Assembly: GCA_963709425.1 (NCBI GenBank)
Contig: CAVPWG010000006.1
Location: 121,913 to 185,912 of the forward strand
Direction: 5' to 3'
From: an uncultured Actinomycetes bacterium
GTDB lineage: Bacteria > Actinomycetota > Thermoleophilia > Gaiellales > JAICJC01
Length of the DNA stretch: 64,000 nt
The notes below the pieces were generated by a model, which was not told the origin of the DNA, made no database searches, and worked only from the letters and a program-made list of their open reading frames with translations. Both the position numbers and the translations under genes were made by a program. Below are positions 62,110-64,000 of this stretch, one piece after another. The first letter of the stretch is position 1. Every line of letters begins with the position of its first letter.

Positions 62110-63435
62110 TCAGAAGCGATCCATGTACTGGCGGATCTCCCAGTCGTGGACCTGCTCGTTGTAGGACGCCCACTCCTCGCGCTTCAGGCCGACGTACTCG
62201 GTGAAAATGTGATCGCCCAGCGCCTGGCGCATGACGTTGTCGGCCTCGAGCGCATCGAGCGCGTGTGACAGGTCGTGCGGCAGGCTGCCGATCCCGAGCT
62301 CGCGGGACTCCGCCTCGGTCATGTGGTAGATGTTGCGGTTCACCGGCTCGGGCGGCTTGAGCCCGCGCTTGATGCCGTCGAGGCCGGCCGCCAGCATGCA
62401 GGCGAGGGCCAGGTACGGGTTCGCGGTCGGGTCGGGCGTCCGCAGCTCGATTCGCGTGGAGCGGCCGCGCTTGGCCGGCACGCGGATCGCCGCAGACCGG
62501 TTGCCGGGGGACCAGGCGATGTAGACGGGTGCCTCGTAGCCCGGCAGGAGCCGCTTGTAGGAGTTGACCGTCGGGTTGGCCACCGCGGTGATGGCCGGGA
62601 TGTGCTCGAGGATGCCGGCGATGTAGGCGCGGCACTCGGTCGAGAGCTGGAGGTCGTCGCCCTCGTCGAGGAAGGCGTTCTCGTCGCCCCGGGCCAGCGA
62701 CTGGTTGATGTGCATGCCCGAGCCGTTCTCGCCGTGGATCGGCTTGGCCATGAACGTGGCGTGCATCCCGTGGCGGGCGGCGATCGTCTTGACCACCATC
62801 CGGAACGTGATCAGGTTGTCGGCGGTGGCGAGCGCATCAGCGTGGCGGAAGTCGATCTCGTGCTGGCCGATCGCGACCTCGTGGTGCGCGGCCTCGATCT
62901 GGAAGCCCATCTGCTGGAGCGTGACCTCGATGTCGCGCCGGCAGTCCTCGCCGCGGTCGATCGGGGCGACGTCGAAGTACGTCGCGGCGTCGTGCGGGTC
63001 GACGGTCGGGTTGCCGTCCCCGTCGAGCTTGAAGAGGAAGAACTCGGCCTCGGGGCCGACGTTCATCGTGTAGCCCAGGTCGGCGGCCTCCTTCAGCACC
63101 CGGCGCAGGTTGGTGCGCGGATCGCCGGCGAAGGGCTGGCCGTCGGGGTCGGCGACGTCGCAGATCAACCTGGCGGTGCGGGCCGACTCGGTGCCGCGCC
63201 ACGGGAGCACCGCATACGTCGCCGGGTCCGGCAAGAAGTACATGTCAGACTGCTCGATCCGCTTGAATCCGCGGATCGACGAGCCGTCGAACATCAGCTC
63301 GTTGTCGAGCGCCTTCTCGAGCTCGTCGACGGGGATGGAAACGTTCTTGACGGCGCCGTATGGCTCGGTGAACTGGAGGCGCACGAAGGCAACGCTGTCG
63401 CGCGCGCACTGCTCCAAGACCTCGTGCTTGTCCAT
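62110..63435 (-). CDS. glnA: Glutamine synthetase type I (GSI-alpha); alternative start 63471
   Basis: FDGSSI, GPEAEFF, HHEVAIGQHEI, KPIHGENGSGMH, NSYKRL.PGYEAP, NRSA.IRVP, ELR.PD. Confidence 0.95.
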   Translation of the reverse strand: MDKHEVLEQCARDSVAFVRLQFTEPYGAVKNVSIPVDELEKALDNELMFDGSSIRGFKRIEQSDMYFLPDPATYAVLPWRGTESARTARLICDVADPDGQPFAGDPRTNLRRVLKEAADLGYTMNVGPEAEFFLFKLDGDGNPTVDPHDAATYFDVAPIDRGEDCRRDIEVTLQQMGFQIEAAHHEVAIGQHEIDFRHADALATADNLITFRMVVKTIAARHGMHATFMAKPIHGENGSGMHINQSLARGDENAFLDEGDDLQLSTECRAYIAGILEHIPAITAVANPTVNSYKRLLPGYEAPVYIAWSPGNRSAAIRVPAKRGRSTRIELRTPDPTANPYLALACMLAAGLDGIKRGLKPPEPVNRNIYHMTEAESRELGIGSLPHDLSHALDALEADNVMRQALGDHIFTEYVGLKREEWASYNEQVHDWEIRQYMDRF

Positions 63436-63552
63436 GGCCGTCCTTCCGCTGTATTCCGGAGCGAGCGTCATCCCTGTGTCCTTCCGCCTGGAGGTACCGA
63501 CCGGAGCGAGTCTATAGCGTGCTCCGGATGATCCCTCCTCGGTCCCAGGGCT

Positions 63553-64000
63553 ATGACGAGGGTCGCCGAAAAATTCCCCGCAACGTGCGGGCAATGGGCT
63601 GGACGAGCCTCGTGAACGACGCCGCGTCGGAGCTCCTCTACCCGGTCCTGCCGCTGTTTCTCGTCGTCACGCTGCACGCCCCGGCGGCGGCTGTCGGCCT
63701 CGTCGAGGGAGCCGCCGGGGCGGCCTCACAGATCGTCGGCTACGTCGTGGGCCGGCGGTCGGATCGCATCCATCGGCGGCTCCCGTTCGTATGGGTCGGC
63801 TACACCCTTTCGAACATCGCGAAGCCGCTTGTCGCGCTCGCCCCGGCGTGGGGCTGGGTGCTCGGCGCGCGTGTGCTCGACCGCACCGGGAAAGGCATCC
63901 GTACCGCGCCGCGCGACGCGCTCCTGCGCGACTCGTCCGACCCCGACCGCGCCGGCGCGACGTTCGGGTACCACCGCTTCATGGATTCGGCCGGTGCGAC
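63553..64000 (+). CDS. MFS transporter (3' end outside the window; probable frameshift near the start)
   Basis: Not in the ORF track: MGWTSLVNDAASELLYPVLPLF...GRRSDR..RR.P...DRTGKGIRTAPRDAL. Confidence 0.8.

Overview
High-GC Actinobacteria-type chromosomal window; gene order and style suggest Thermoleophilia/Gaiellales (inference). From left to right: two paralogous secreted beta-propeller genes flank a degenerate Nudix gene; a 2-oxoacid dehydrogenase E1a/E1b/E2 operon is divergent from paaABCD; a ~22.7 kb accessory block (8.4-31.1 kb) separates paaABCD from the lower phenylacetate genes (paaJ-ALDH-EthD-like-crotonase-paaF-paaG, paaH); a core region follows (rnhA-like, uvrA, uvrB, slt, coaE, rpsA, polA, malic enzyme, MerR/MFS, glnA). 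The accessory block holds (i) an OmpR-type two-component system followed by a compact operon of two small membrane-anchored Pro/Thr-rich proteins, ApbE flavin transferase, an MsrQ-like heme membrane protein, a ferredoxin reductase and a ferredoxin, and (ii) a hypoxia/fermentation-like cluster (4 USP genes, GNAT-acyl-CoA synthetase fusion, xfp, ackA, P1B-5-type ATPase). The best candidate for an undescribed system is the ApbE operon: its putative substrates lack the canonical [S/T]GA[S/T] motif but share P-[V/T]-T-x-T-S, and both it and the two-component operon carry an upstream TGAGA-N4-TCTCA site. Many single-base frameshifts, including in uvrB and rpsA, look like sequencing/assembly indels rather than real pseudogenes. 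I recognised no rRNA, tRNA, CRISPR array, integrase or transposase. All product calls come from motif recognition, not database searches.
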